This document shows, piece by piece, positions 20,147 to 30,979 of a DNA stretch of 64,000 nucleotides. Position 1 is the first letter of the stretch. Each line of letters begins with the position of its first letter. This DNA comes from Bacteroidales bacterium (GTDB lineage Bacteria; Bacteroidota; Bacteroidia; Bacteroidales; ML635J-15): assembly GCA_017617125.1 (NCBI GenBank), contig JAFZWY010000008.1, forward strand, positions 153,858-217,857. The letters are read 5' to 3'. Under the pieces are notes generated by a model. That model had not been told where the DNA came from, did not search any database, and was given only the letters and a program-made list of their open reading frames with translations. Both the position numbers and the translations under genes were made by a program.

Positions 20147-21187
20147 ATGGCAGATAAAGATTATTGTTTGAGTTCATATATGGCCTTCAGGTTTATTGAT
20201 GCTGATGGCAAGGACTTTTATGAGGGAATGCAGCACAAGAATATTGTCCGGATTCCCGATTCTGAGAAGACTTTTGTGCGTACTTCCGAAGAAATAGGTA
20301 ATGCAATTGAGAAGCTGCTTTTGCAGTTTAAGGGCAGAAAAATAGGCATTATGCTATCTGGAGGAATGGATAGTGCGATTGTAGCTTCATATATTGGTGG
20401 TGGAGAAGCCTATACGTTTAGATTTTTGGGCGGTGAATTTCAGAATGAAGAACTAATGCGAGCTGAGTATTATGCCAGACGTTGTAATCTGAATCTGCAT
20501 TATGTAGATATCTCATGGGATACAGTGCTAAAGCATGTGGATGCCTGCATGAAGTCTAAGTGCGCTCCAGTGCATTCCATTGAGCCTCAAATTCTTCAAG
20601 CGGCATTGCAGGCCCAAAAAGATGGTGTGGAAATTATGCTTATTGGCGATGGTAGCGATTATGTTTTCGGCGGTATGGATAAGTTGTTGTCGAAAGATTG
20701 GGATTTCGATGCTTTTGTCAAACGTTATTATTCCATAGACCCAGAAGAAGTGTTGAGGAATCCCGTTGATATGTCGTATGCTTTCGAACCTTTCCGCAAG
20801 GACAATAATAAAATAGATTTTCTTGGGTTTATGCAGGGGCTAATGATAACGGAAAGTTATAGCTCGTACAAGAATGCCTTTTCTGTAGCTGGTATGCCGT
20901 ATTACGATCCGTATGCAAGGTTGAAGATGGCGGAGCCGTTGGATTTGAACCGTATAAGGAACGGAGAACCAAAATATCTTATTCGCGGGCTTATGAGTAT
21001 GCGTTATCCTGAAATTCCTATACCCGACAAGAATCCTATGCCACGACCGGTGGATGTGTATTTTGCCGACTGGAAGGGTCCAAAACGCAAAGAATTCAAG
21101 GAAAATCTTGATATGACAAAGTTTACTGGTAATCAGAAATGGCAGTTGTGGTGCGCCGAGCGTTTCTTGAATATGTTTGAGGACTGA
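20147..21187 (+). CDS. Asparagine synthase C-terminal domain protein (PP-loop)
   Basis: LSGGMDSA PP-loop, GDGSDYVFGG and EPKYLIR; no N-terminal glutaminase domain seen. Confidence 0.75.
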   Translation: MADKDYCLSSYMAFRFIDADGKDFYEGMQHKNIVRIPDSEKTFVRTSEEIGNAIEKLLLQFKGRKIGIMLSGGMDSAIVASYIGGGEAYTFRFLGGEFQNEELMRAEYYARRCNLNLHYVDISWDTVLKHVDACMKSKCAPVHSIEPQILQAALQAQKDGVEIMLIGDGSDYVFGGMDKLLSKDWDFDAFVKRYYSIDPEEVLRNPVDMSYAFEPFRKDNNKIDFLGFMQGLMITESYSSYKNAFSVAGMPYYDPYARLKMAEPLDLNRIRNGEPKYLIRGLMSMRYPEIPIPDKNPMPRPVDVYFADWKGPKRKEFKENLDMTKFTGNQKWQLWCAERFLNMFED

Positions 21188-21200
21188 AAACCTTGATGTA

Positions 21201-22508
21201 ATGAAGTCGATAGACAAATCATATATGTATCAGCTGCGCTTATTGTGGGCGTATAAGGATTTGCTACGCAATCATTTCAAACCTATTACAAACTGGTACA
21301 TAAGGAAGTTCCGTGCCGCTCAGTTGCAAGCAGCTCATAAACTGCAAGGAAAGGACTGCCTTGATGTCGCCTTCTTTTTGTCTATTCCTGGCATGTGGAA
21401 GCATGATACCTTGTTCGAGGCTATGCAAAAAGATCCACATTATCATCCTTACATTGTGATTACTCTTTATTCGCAATACAAGGGGTTCGAGAAGGATGAG
21501 ATGATGAAAGTGCTTGAGCGAACACGTCAGTTTGCTGAAAGCAAAGGGTATGAATATGTAATTCCATATGATGATAAATCGGGGAAGTGGCTGGATGTGA
21601 AGAAATTGTATCATCCCGATATTGTGTTTTTCACGGCACCGTACAAAGATACTTTACCTCAAAACTTTATATATCACTACAAGGATACATTGACTTGTTA
21701 TTTGCCATACGCCATTACGTCGCTCAATTATTACAAGACCAACTATAATCTTATTTCAACCAATATTGTAGGAATTTATTTCGTTGAGACTCCAATTCAT
21801 AAGGAGTTGGCATACAAGTATTCGCGTAATAATGCCGAAAATGTTGTAGTGTCGGGACATCCTGCGACAGAAGTCTTTCTGAATCCAAACCATTCTCCGC
21901 ACGATGAATGGAAAAAGCAATCGAAGCCTAAGAAACGTGTCATATACGCTCCGCACCATTCCATTGATTTCGACAATAATGCTACGTTTATGGATAATGG
22001 TGAGGCTATTCTGGCTCTGGCCGAGAAGTATTCCGACGATATACAGTTTGCTTTCAAGCCTCACCAACTGCTAAAATTCAAGTTGCAGCAGGTGTGGGGT
22101 GAAGAGAAAACCGAGGATTATTATCGTAGATGGGAAAGCATGGAAAATACTCAGCTGGTAACCGATAGCTACGAGGATTTGTTCCTTACATCCGATGCTA
22201 TGATTCATGATTGTGGCTCGTTTACAGTAGAGTACATTTTTACACAAAAGCCTGTGATGTATTTGTGTAAGGATGAGGATATGTCCGATAAGTTCAATCC
22301 ATTTGGTATCAAGGCGTTTGATTGTCATTACCATGGACTTTCGATTGATGATATTGAACATTTTCTCAAGGATGTGGTAGTAGAAGGTAATGATCCTATG
22401 AAGGTTCAAAGAAAGCAGTTTTATGACGATTATCTGGCTTCAAAAGACGGAGTGCTGCCATCGCAGAAGATGTTGCAGATTATTGAAGATACTATCAATG
22501 GAAAATAA
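21201..22508 (+). CDS. CDP-glycerol glycerophosphotransferase family protein
   Basis: VIYAPHHS, FKPHQLL and SDAMIHDCGSFTVEY motifs; start placed at ATG 21201. Confidence 0.8.
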   Translation: MKSIDKSYMYQLRLLWAYKDLLRNHFKPITNWYIRKFRAAQLQAAHKLQGKDCLDVAFFLSIPGMWKHDTLFEAMQKDPHYHPYIVITLYSQYKGFEKDEMMKVLERTRQFAESKGYEYVIPYDDKSGKWLDVKKLYHPDIVFFTAPYKDTLPQNFIYHYKDTLTCYLPYAITSLNYYKTNYNLISTNIVGIYFVETPIHKELAYKYSRNNAENVVVSGHPATEVFLNPNHSPHDEWKKQSKPKKRVIYAPHHSIDFDNNATFMDNGEAILALAEKYSDDIQFAFKPHQLLKFKLQQVWGEEKTEDYYRRWESMENTQLVTDSYEDLFLTSDAMIHDCGSFTVEYIFTQKPVMYLCKDEDMSDKFNPFGIKAFDCHYHGLSIDDIEHFLKDVVVEGNDPMKVQRKQFYDDYLASKDGVLPSQKMLQIIEDTINGK

Positions 22509-22596
22509 CAACTTGGCGTTTTGCCAAGGCGAAAAGAATATTTAGGTGGTGGCGGTGTCTTATTTTTTTGTAATTTTGCTTTTTTGAATATTGTTT

Positions 22597-23607
22597 ATGG
22601 TGAAAGTTTCAGTAATACTTCCCGTTTACGGTGTTGCTCAGTATATTGAAAAATGTACTGCTTCGTTGCTGTCGCAAACTCTTGACGATATGGAGTTCAT
22701 ATTTGTGGACGACCATGGACCCGACAACAGCATCGAGCTGGTGCAGAATATGATCGCCGACCATCCTCGCAAAGACCAGTTTGTCTTCCTTAAACCTGAG
22801 CACAACTTGGGTGCTGGTATGGCTCGTAATTTTGCAATTCCTCATGCAAAAGGTGAATATATCGCCTTTGTTGATAGCGACGACTGGATTGAAAATGATA
22901 TGTTTGATAGGATGTATGCCGAAGCAAAAAAGTACGACAGCGATTTGTGCTGTTGTCAGATGCAAAAGGTTTACCCCGATGGGCGTCGTGGCGATATACT
23001 GAAGAATCCTTTTATTGGCAATGGCGAAATTTCTGATGAAAAGCGTTCATATTTCCTTACTCACTATGTTTCGCAGTTTACTTCGCTTATATACAGGAAA
23101 TCGTTGATTGACCAGTACAATATCCGTTTTCCAGAGGAACGAAGTGCCGACGACAGTTATTTCGTTTCGTGCGTACTGATGCTTGCAAAGTCGATTTCAT
23201 ACGTTGACGAGCCATTTTATCTGTATCTTATTCGTCCGGGGTCGGTGTGTACCACAAAGGATAGCACGAAATACCAGAAACGTCTGGCCGTTTTTAATAA
23301 GTTGCTTGCATTTTCGAAGCAAAACGGAGTTTACGATAACTTCAAGCCGGAAGTCGATTTTATGTACATCAAGAAAGGGTATCTGTCCACGGTTTTCAAT
23401 TATGTGACGAATTCGACTGATCCTAACAAGGAAACAATAGCTTCCATATATGACGAATTGCTGAGGCAGATTCCCGACTACAAGTCGAATCGCTTCTACA
23501 GGTCTAATTTCAAATTGCGCGCGCTAATGGCATTTATCAGGACATTCCCACGGTCTGCAGTAAAGTTTATTAAATATTACTCGAGGCGCAAAGAATATGT
23601 CGTATAA
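22597..23607 (+). CDS. Glycosyltransferase family 2
   Basis: VSVILPVYGV, FVDD, ARNFAI and YIAFVDSDD motifs. Confidence 0.92.
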   Translation: MVKVSVILPVYGVAQYIEKCTASLLSQTLDDMEFIFVDDHGPDNSIELVQNMIADHPRKDQFVFLKPEHNLGAGMARNFAIPHAKGEYIAFVDSDDWIENDMFDRMYAEAKKYDSDLCCCQMQKVYPDGRRGDILKNPFIGNGEISDEKRSYFLTHYVSQFTSLIYRKSLIDQYNIRFPEERSADDSYFVSCVLMLAKSISYVDEPFYLYLIRPGSVCTTKDSTKYQKRLAVFNKLLAFSKQNGVYDNFKPEVDFMYIKKGYLSTVFNYVTNSTDPNKETIASIYDELLRQIPDYKSNRFYRSNFKLRALMAFIRTFPRSAVKFIKYYSRRKEYVV

Positions 23608-23628
23608 AGATTATAACGTGAAAACAGT

Positions 23629-24864
23629 ATGGATTTAATAATTGGAGCAGGAATAACGGGACTTACTTACGCAGCGCGAACATCTAACGACTATTTGATA
23701 GTTGAAAAGGAAAGTGAGATTGGCGGATATTGCCGTACTCATTATTCGGGCGACTATGTATGGGACTATTCTGGACATTTCTTTCATTTCCAGCACCCGG
23801 AAATTAAGGATTATGTAATGGAAAAGTTGTCTAAGGACGAAGTCCTTAATGTTTATAAATATACACAGATATATTACAAAGGTCGTCTTGTTGATTATCC
23901 TTTCCAGATGAATATACATCAGCTCGAAAAGGAAGAATTTATTGATTGCCTGTACGATCTTTTCGCAGTAAAACGTGAAGGCGATGTCAAATCTTTCAAG
24001 GAAATGTTGTATGCAAAGTTCGGTAAGTCTATTTCCGAAAAATTCCTAATCCCATATAATGAGAAACTGTATGCAACGGACCTTGACAGTCTTGATGTTG
24101 ATGCAATGGGACGTTTCTTTCCATACGCCGACAAAGAACAGATAATATTGAATTTCAGAAATTCCAGGAATCAGTCGTACAATTCGTTTTTCTTGTATCC
24201 TAAACGAGGCGTGATAAAGGTTGTAGAGTCGGTAGCTTCAAGGGTAGATGCTAATAAAATAGCCTTGAATGAGCAGCTCGTTTCTATTGATATCGAGAAA
24301 AAAATAGCCGTAACCGACAAGCGAACAATCCAATACGATAATTTGATTTCGACGGTTCCGTTCCCATGTCTGCTCGATATGGCACAGGTGCCATACGACA
24401 GAAATGTGTATTCGTGCAACAAGGTTGTTGTGTTCAATATTGGCTTCGACAGGAAAGGTGCCGATACGAAAAACAACTGGATATATTTCCCCGATAAGGA
24501 CATAGTTTTCTATCGTGTAGGATTCTATGACAATATTATTGGCCTTGACAAAATGTCGCTGTACGTGGAAGTCGGATTCGCTCATAACGATATGGTGGAT
24601 GAAAAGGCATTGTATAAGCGTGTTCTAGCCGATTTAAAGAAAGTTGGAATCGTCGGTTCGGAACAAGTTGTCGACTATGAATGCGTTGTGATGAATCCTG
24701 CTTATGTTCATATCACACAGAAGTCGGAAACCGACAAGGTTGAAAAGATGAATTTGTTGAATTCGCGAGGAATATATTCTATCGGACGTTATGGAGAATG
24801 GAAATACTGTTCGCTAGAAGACAATATGCACGATGCGTTTATGCTGGCAGAAAGACTAAAATAG
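23629..24864 (+). CDS. FAD-dependent oxidoreductase (HemY/UDP-galactopyranose mutase-like, polysaccharide-cluster type)
   Basis: GAGITG dinucleotide-binding motif, IGGYCRT, GHFFH and GRYGEWKY. Confidence 0.75.
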   Translation: MDLIIGAGITGLTYAARTSNDYLIVEKESEIGGYCRTHYSGDYVWDYSGHFFHFQHPEIKDYVMEKLSKDEVLNVYKYTQIYYKGRLVDYPFQMNIHQLEKEEFIDCLYDLFAVKREGDVKSFKEMLYAKFGKSISEKFLIPYNEKLYATDLDSLDVDAMGRFFPYADKEQIILNFRNSRNQSYNSFFLYPKRGVIKVVESVASRVDANKIALNEQLVSIDIEKKIAVTDKRTIQYDNLISTVPFPCLLDMAQVPYDRNVYSCNKVVVFNIGFDRKGADTKNNWIYFPDKDIVFYRVGFYDNIIGLDKMSLYVEVGFAHNDMVDEKALYKRVLADLKKVGIVGSEQVVDYECVVMNPAYVHITQKSETDKVEKMNLLNSRGIYSIGRYGEWKYCSLEDNMHDAFMLAERLK

Positions 24865-24870
24865 TTGCGT

Positions 24871-25770
24871 TTAGCTATTTCTCAAGAATCCCGCAACGAC
24901 ATTTTTTCGGAGGATTATTATAGCCTTTCCTTTCGAAGGACGAAAACTAATTGCGTAGTATGCCCATAGCAGTACAGAACCGCAGTTTTTGGCAATTTCC
25001 CATATTGCCTTTGTGAACACTCTTATCGGATTTTTCTTTTTGTACCTGATACGTTCGCTTTTTCCAATTCCTATTCCAATTTTTTTTATGTAATCGTATG
25101 TGGTTCTTGATGCAGGTATGAGATGTTCAACGGCAATGTTTCCGAAATAATATATTTTTTGTTTGTCTGCTTTCAGTCGATAGAAGAAGTCTTTTTCTTC
25201 GCCGCCTAGAAGCATGTTCCACTTTCTGCCAAGTTGTGTGTCGAATGTTCCGTATTTCTCAAATGCATAGCGGTTTACGCCCATGTTTGCTCCTACCGGG
25301 TACGACATTCCGTTGAACATTCCAGTTCCTTCGCCTTTGTCTGTGACAGCAAATAAGGGCATTGTCCAGCATGATACCCACTTGGGTATTCCAGTTTCGA
25401 AAACAGGAACGACCTTTCCTCCGAAAGCCAGGATGTTATGATTCTTAAGGTTTTCGCTAAGTGAGCGCAGGTAGTTTTTGCCTACAGAGGTGTCGTCGTC
25501 AAGAAAAATTAGAAATTCACCTTTGCTTTCTTCTATACCTCTATTGCGTGCTTGCGATAGTCCGTTTTGCAGTTCGGTAACAATCTTAATGTTTATATTG
25601 GGATAGTCATGTCTGAACCTGTCGGCTTCATCTAATGTATTGTCGGTGCTGTTGTTGTTGACGAGTACAATTTCGTAGTCGTCGGCAGGATAGTCGTTGT
25701 TGGCAATACGCGACAACGCATCGTACAGGTACTTGGCTCGATTGTATGTGCAGACAATTACTGAAATCAT
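24871..25770 (-). CDS. Glycosyltransferase family 2
   Basis: MISVIVCTYNRA, NNNSTD, GLSQARN, FLDDD and GGEEKD motifs. Confidence 0.92.
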   Translation of the reverse strand: MISVIVCTYNRAKYLYDALSRIANNDYPADDYEIVLVNNNSTDNTLDEADRFRHDYPNINIKIVTELQNGLSQARNRGIEESKGEFLIFLDDDTSVGKNYLRSLSENLKNHNILAFGGKVVPVFETGIPKWVSCWTMPLFAVTDKGEGTGMFNGMSYPVGANMGVNRYAFEKYGTFDTQLGRKWNMLLGGEEKDFFYRLKADKQKIYYFGNIAVEHLIPASRTTYDYIKKIGIGIGKSERIRYKKKNPIRVFTKAIWEIAKNCGSVLLWAYYAISFRPSKGKAIIILRKNVVAGFLRNS

Positions 25771-25777
25771 TTTCCAA

Positions 25778-28267
25778 TTATGCTTTGACAGCGATTTTCT
25801 GTGCCTTTTCTTTCTTGTATTTCAGGTAAATGGCACCTGCAACCAAGATTGCTAGTAAAACAGAGAATGCTATCGAAACAATGTCCCATACTTTAATCAT
25901 CGGAGCTTCGTTTATAAATTCAACCTTATGCTGTCCGGCTGGTATAACCATTGCGCGGAGTATGTAGTTGACACGGAAATATTCGGCTGGTTGTCCGTCG
26001 ATGTATGCTTTCCAGTCGGGCGCGTAGTAGATTTCGGAGAATACAGCCAGTTGTTCCTTGTCGGCAATTGTGCTGTAAACCAGATAATCTGGGTTGTATG
26101 GTTTCTGGTGTGTCATTTCGATGGCAGAAGTAGTATCGCGCGACAGGTTTTTACCTTCAACATAGCTTGCAAACCTCTTGTCGATAATCGCAGTGTCGGC
26201 GGGATTGAAGTCGTTGAGCGCGAGAATCTCTGCATTTGCATCGTCAACCAACTGGCATCCATCAACAAACCATGCACTTCCGAGAGCTGCAGGATTGCGC
26301 TGTACCATGCTCGATCCTTGCTGGTCGGGAACAATGAAGTATCGAGTGTTCAGCATGTTTATTACGTTCATGTTCAGTTCTTTCACCATGTAGAAGTCGA
26401 TGAGGTCCTGATAGCGACGGAATTTTGCCCCGTGGTATCCGCCTATCGAATGGTGGAATGCCGATGTGCGTGCGTCGTTGAACGTGCTTGTAGTTAAATT
26501 CATAACTCGGAAATCCTTGTCGCCGAAGCGTTCTGCGTACTGGTCGATTGTGCTATCGTCTTTTGTAGGCTTCAGTTCGGCTTCCTTTTTCGACATGTAG
26601 CTGTCGTCGTTGAGGTATCTGCGGTCGACTGTCCACAGGTCGAAGATTACTAGCAGGGCGATTACGGCAGTGGTTACGATAATGGCAACTTTTTGTTTCT
26701 TTTCCTTCATGTTGATTGCAAAGAAAATTGTTGCAGCCGAAAGCAGAATTAGTATTATCGATCTCCACGAATCGGAAGAGAACAAGTCCTGTCTGTCCTG
26801 AATGAAAATTTCCTGGATTTTTGGCCAGCCGTCACCGTACTGTGGCGCCATCTGTTCGTCGATTGCACCTGCAAACGAGAAAGAACCAGACATAATTAAT
26901 ACAATAAGTATTATGCCACATGTAATACCTGTAGATGCATAAAGGGCAATTTTCAGTTTTTTCTTGTCGATTCCGTTGTCGAAAATGTTCTTCAGGGCAA
27001 GGACAGCCATCATTACCATTGCTACATTTGCAATTACGAGGCTCATCGACGGGGTGCGGAACTTATTGTACCCAGGTAGGTGGTCGAACAGAAATCCATT
27101 GACACCCATAAGGTTTTTGCCCCACGACAATATTATTGCCATGATTGTGATTGCGAGCAGCCACCAGCGTTCTGGTCCTTTTACAATGAATAGTCCAAGG
27201 ATGAATAGGAATACTACAATTGCACCGAAGTACACAGGTCCGGAGGTAAATGGCTGGTCGCCCCAGTAGAGCGGAGCATTTTTGATTCGGAAGTTCTTGT
27301 AGGTTTCAGATTTCTTGTCAACAGGTTCGTTAGAACCGCCACCGAAGCTTCCGGGAACAAGAAGAGTGTATGTTTCGCCGATTCCGTAGCTCCATGCGAA
27401 GGCGTAGTCCTTGTTAAGACCAACCTTGTTTTTGTCTTGCGAGTGTTCGATGTCGCCCGACAGCGATTCGGGAGTGACGGTAATTTCTGAGCCACCGCGC
27501 ATGGTGTATTTCGAGTATTCGTAACTGGTCATAAGCAGGCGGGCATTGCCACCAACTGCAAAGATTGCGCCTACTATAAGTATGCAAATTGCCGTTCCGA
27601 ACTGTTTGAAGGTCTTGTCCTTTATTGCGTAAATCAGATAAACAATTCCGAGGATTATCACTGATAGGAGAGTGTAGTAGGTAATTTGCAGGTGGTTGAA
27701 CCCAATCTGGATACCAAGTGCAAAAGTAAAAAGTATTCCTCCCCAGATGTATTTTTTCTTGAGAGTCAGTATTATTCCACTGAATATCGGTGCAACCATT
27801 GCCAGTGCCCATGCCTTCGACAAGTGTCCCGCCTCGATAATTATAATATTGTAGCTGCCAAGTCCGAATGCCAATGCTCCGATTGCGCTGAGCCATGGAT
27901 TTACGCCTAATGCAACCATACTTATGTAGAATCCTAATAAGTAGAGGAATATGATACCTATGTTTTTTGACCAGCCGAGCCAGTCGAGGTCCAATATATC
28001 CTTTGCTCTGAAAATAGAATCCTGCGGTTTGTTTGTTATCTGATATGTTGGCATTCCGCAGAACATTGCGCTGTTCCAGTGCGTGTATATTCCTGTCTCC
28101 TTCAAAAAATCCTTTTGTTCTTTAACCATTCCGAGCCAGTTGCGGTCGTCACCTTGGTTAAGCACTTTGTTGGTGGTGACTAACTTGTCAAAAAACAGAA
28201 TGGAAATAAGGAAGAATATTATCACTATTCCTACGTGTGTCAGAACGTTCTTTACTATTGGTTTCAT
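25778..28267 (-). CDS. YfhO-family multi-pass membrane protein (GT-C-like)
   Basis: Many TM segments; WNSAMFCGMP, SIGGYHGAK, FSEIYY...W and NYILRA motifs; start placed at ATG 28267 downstream of a TACCTTTG box. Confidence 0.82.
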   Translation of the reverse strand: MKPIVKNVLTHVGIVIIFFLISILFFDKLVTTNKVLNQGDDRNWLGMVKEQKDFLKETGIYTHWNSAMFCGMPTYQITNKPQDSIFRAKDILDLDWLGWSKNIGIIFLYLLGFYISMVALGVNPWLSAIGALAFGLGSYNIIIIEAGHLSKAWALAMVAPIFSGIILTLKKKYIWGGILFTFALGIQIGFNHLQITYYTLLSVIILGIVYLIYAIKDKTFKQFGTAICILIVGAIFAVGGNARLLMTSYEYSKYTMRGGSEITVTPESLSGDIEHSQDKNKVGLNKDYAFAWSYGIGETYTLLVPGSFGGGSNEPVDKKSETYKNFRIKNAPLYWGDQPFTSGPVYFGAIVVFLFILGLFIVKGPERWWLLAITIMAIILSWGKNLMGVNGFLFDHLPGYNKFRTPSMSLVIANVAMVMMAVLALKNIFDNGIDKKKLKIALYASTGITCGIILIVLIMSGSFSFAGAIDEQMAPQYGDGWPKIQEIFIQDRQDLFSSDSWRSIILILLSAATIFFAINMKEKKQKVAIIVTTAVIALLVIFDLWTVDRRYLNDDSYMSKKEAELKPTKDDSTIDQYAERFGDKDFRVMNLTTSTFNDARTSAFHHSIGGYHGAKFRRYQDLIDFYMVKELNMNVINMLNTRYFIVPDQQGSSMVQRNPAALGSAWFVDGCQLVDDANAEILALNDFNPADTAIIDKRFASYVEGKNLSRDTTSAIEMTHQKPYNPDYLVYSTIADKEQLAVFSEIYYAPDWKAYIDGQPAEYFRVNYILRAMVIPAGQHKVEFINEAPMIKVWDIVSIAFSVLLAILVAGAIYLKYKKEKAQKIAVKA

Positions 28268-28379
28268 ATCAAATCTTGATGTTACAATTAAAATACAAAG
28301 GTAATGCTTTTTTGCTATTGCACAAGTTGTGTTTCCAAGTCCTTTTTTTCTTACCTTTGCAGTCCAAAAATCGTAAGTC

Positions 28380-29801
28380 TTGGAAAACGGCAAGTACATA
28401 GAGTTTGTGTCCGACAAAATATTTGCGGAAGTGTCCGAAGTCGCTGAACGCGAAAATGTTGATGTTTTTGTCATTGGCGGCTATGTGCGCGACCGCTTTT
28501 TGAAGCGTCGGGGCAAGAACGACATTGATATTGTTGTCGATGGCGATGGCGTTGACTTTGCCCGCAAGCTGGCAGCGCACCTTAAGGTGAAGAAGGTTAG
28601 CATTTTCAAGACATACGGCACAGCGATGTTCGTATACAAGGATACCGAACTCGAGTTTGTCGGGGCGCGCAAGGAATCGTACAATTTCGATAGCCGCAAC
28701 CCGATTGTCGAACGCGGAAGCATCGAAGATGACCAGAGGCGGCGTGATTTTACAATAAATGCCTTGGCTATAAGCCTTAACAAACGCAATTTCGGTAAAT
28801 TAGTCGACCCGTTTAATGGTTTGGAAGACCTATATTTCCGTACCATCAGGACACCGCTCGAACCGTCAATAACTTTTTCCGACGACCCATTGCGTATGCT
28901 TCGTGCTATTCGCTTTGCTTCGCAGCTCGATTTCCAGATTCATCCCGAATGCCTTACGGCAATTCACGACAATCGCGAGAGAATCAAGATAATAACCCAG
29001 GAGCGCATTCATACCGAACTTAACAAGATTCTCGAAAGCAAAAGGCCGTCGATTGGGTTGAAGTTATTGTTCGACACAGGCTTGCTCGAAATCATATTCC
29101 CCGAGTTGTACCAGCTTTCCGGTGTTACGGTTCAGGAAGGGCTAGGGCACAAGGATATTTTCCTGCATACTATCCAGGTAGTTGACAATGTCGCAGAAAA
29201 AAGCGATGACCTTTGGTTGCGCTGGGCTGCATTGTTGCACGACATAGGCAAGTTGAAGACAAAACGCTTCGTTGAAGGCACCGGATGGACCTTCTATTCT
29301 CACAATACCGTGGGAGCCAACATGGTGCCGAAGATTTTCACGCGCATGCACCTGCCTCTCAACGAGAAGATGAAGTTTGTACAGAAGATGGTTGATTTGC
29401 ACATGCGTCCCATCGCGCTCGTAGAGGACATTGTTACCGATTCTGCTATCCGACGTCTTATTGTCGACGCTGGCGACGATATCGATGCCCTGATGACCCT
29501 CTGCGAGTCGGATATTACTTCGCGTAACGAGAAAAAGGTTGCTCAGTTCATTGAAAATTTCAAGCTTGTGCGTCAGAAGATAGTGGAAGTGGAAGAACGT
29601 GATTCGCTACGCAATTTCCAGCCGCCAATCTCAGGAGAAGAGATTATGGAATACTTCGGTATTGAACCGTCGCGAGTAGTGGGCGAAATAAAAAATGCCG
29701 TACGTGAGGCTATTCTCGACGGCGTAATTCCTAACGATTACGAAAAAGCCCATGAGTTTATGGTGCAGAAAGGAAAAGAGCTGGGATTGGGAAAGAATTG
29801 A
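28380..29801 (+). CDS. cca: CCA tRNA nucleotidyltransferase / poly(A) polymerase family with HD domain
   Basis: GGYVRD, DIDIV, RRDFTINA, DDPLRMLRA and LLHDIGK motifs; TTG start. Confidence 0.9.
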   Translation: MENGKYIEFVSDKIFAEVSEVAERENVDVFVIGGYVRDRFLKRRGKNDIDIVVDGDGVDFARKLAAHLKVKKVSIFKTYGTAMFVYKDTELEFVGARKESYNFDSRNPIVERGSIEDDQRRRDFTINALAISLNKRNFGKLVDPFNGLEDLYFRTIRTPLEPSITFSDDPLRMLRAIRFASQLDFQIHPECLTAIHDNRERIKIITQERIHTELNKILESKRPSIGLKLLFDTGLLEIIFPELYQLSGVTVQEGLGHKDIFLHTIQVVDNVAEKSDDLWLRWAALLHDIGKLKTKRFVEGTGWTFYSHNTVGANMVPKIFTRMHLPLNEKMKFVQKMVDLHMRPIALVEDIVTDSAIRRLIVDAGDDIDALMTLCESDITSRNEKKVAQFIENFKLVRQKIVEVEERDSLRNFQPPISGEEIMEYFGIEPSRVVGEIKNAVREAILDGVIPNDYEKAHEFMVQKGKELGLGKN

Positions 29802-29836
29802 TAAATTGAGGATTTGAAAATTTGATAATTCGAAGA

Positions 29837-29873
29837 TTTGGCTTACGCCGAGCTAAAGGTTAACTTCGTTGAG
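29837..29873. repeat. Dispersed intergenic repeat (37 bp)
   Basis: TTTGGCTTACGCCGAGCTAAAGGTTAACTTCGTTGAG, identical at 54895-54931; partial copy at 32485-32501. Confidence 0.85.
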
Positions 29874-29895
29874 CTAAAGGTTGAAGATTTGAAAT

Positions 29896-29922
29896 AAAAA
29901 AGGCATCTTGCGATGCCTTTTT
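29896..29922. terminator. Bidirectional intrinsic terminator between cca and ilvE
   Basis: AAAAAAGGCATC-TTGC-GATGCCTTTTT between convergent genes. Confidence 0.85.
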
Positions 29923-29925
29923 CAA

Positions 29926-30951
29926 TTAAATGTTTTCAAGTATTGTAATCCAACCGAACGGGTCTGGAATATCGCCGTACTGGATGCCAACGAGAGTTTC
30001 GTACATCTTTGTCGACCACTTGCCTGGTTTGCCGTCGGGGCAGTAAACGTAGTGCTTGTTTTCGTCGATGTCAACGATTTCGCCAATTGGAGAAATAACG
30101 GCTGCTGTTCCGCATGCACCAGCTTCTTCGAAAGTAGGAAGTTCGGCAACGTCAACAGGACGTCTTTCAACCTTCAAGCCAATGTACTTGGCAACTTCTT
30201 CGAGGCTCTTGTTGGTGATTGACGGAAGGATTGATGTCGATTTTGGTGTGATATAGGTGTTGTCCTTAATTGCGAAGAAGTTTGCTGCACCGATTTCGTC
30301 GATGTACTTCTTTTCGCGGCAATCCAAGTACATAGGTGAGCCGTAACCTGCTTCGTGAGCCTTTTCGAGACCGCGGAAGCTAGCTGCATAGTTGCCACCG
30401 ACCTTCATTGTACCTGTTCCAAGTGGAGCAGCGCGGTCCGAATCCCTGATGATAGCGATTTTTACAGGGTTGAAACCTTCCTTGAAGTAAGGACCAACTG
30501 GTGTAACGAAGATGAGGAATGTGTATTCGTCGGCAGGATGAACACCAACCTTTGCGCCCGAACCGTAGAGCAACGGACGGATGTACAACGAAGCGCCAGT
30601 TCCGTACGGTGGAATGAAGTCGGCATTGAGTTCAACGACTTTCTTTACCATGTCGAAGAACAATTTGTCGTCAACCTGAGCCATGTAAATGCCGGCAGCC
30701 GAGTCTTTCAGTCGCTTGCAGTTTTCTTCCCAGCGGAACAAACGTACCTTGCCGTCCTTGCCGCGGTAAGCCTTCATTCCTTCGAAAGCTTCCTGTCCGT
30801 AGTGCAATGCGGTGGATGCGATGTGGATGTTGATGTATTCCGAATCACTAACTTCTATTTCTCCCCATTTGCCGTTTTTCCAAACGCAACGTACATTATA
30901 GTTCGTCTTTACATATCCGAACGGGAGTTTTGACCATTCTAAATTCTGCAT
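29926..30951 (-). CDS. ilvE: Branched-chain amino acid aminotransferase
   Basis: LHYGQEAFEGMKAY, LYIRP, KVGGNYA, SILPSIT and GTAAVISP motifs. Confidence 0.95.
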   Translation of the reverse strand: MQNLEWSKLPFGYVKTNYNVRCVWKNGKWGEIEVSDSEYINIHIASTALHYGQEAFEGMKAYRGKDGKVRLFRWEENCKRLKDSAAGIYMAQVDDKLFFDMVKKVVELNADFIPPYGTGASLYIRPLLYGSGAKVGVHPADEYTFLIFVTPVGPYFKEGFNPVKIAIIRDSDRAAPLGTGTMKVGGNYAASFRGLEKAHEAGYGSPMYLDCREKKYIDEIGAANFFAIKDNTYITPKSTSILPSITNKSLEEVAKYIGLKVERRPVDVAELPTFEEAGACGTAAVISPIGEIVDIDENKHYVYCPDGKPGKWSTKMYETLVGIQYGDIPDPFGWITILENI

Positions 30952-30979
30952 ATTGTTAAAAATTATTTGTTGTTACATA

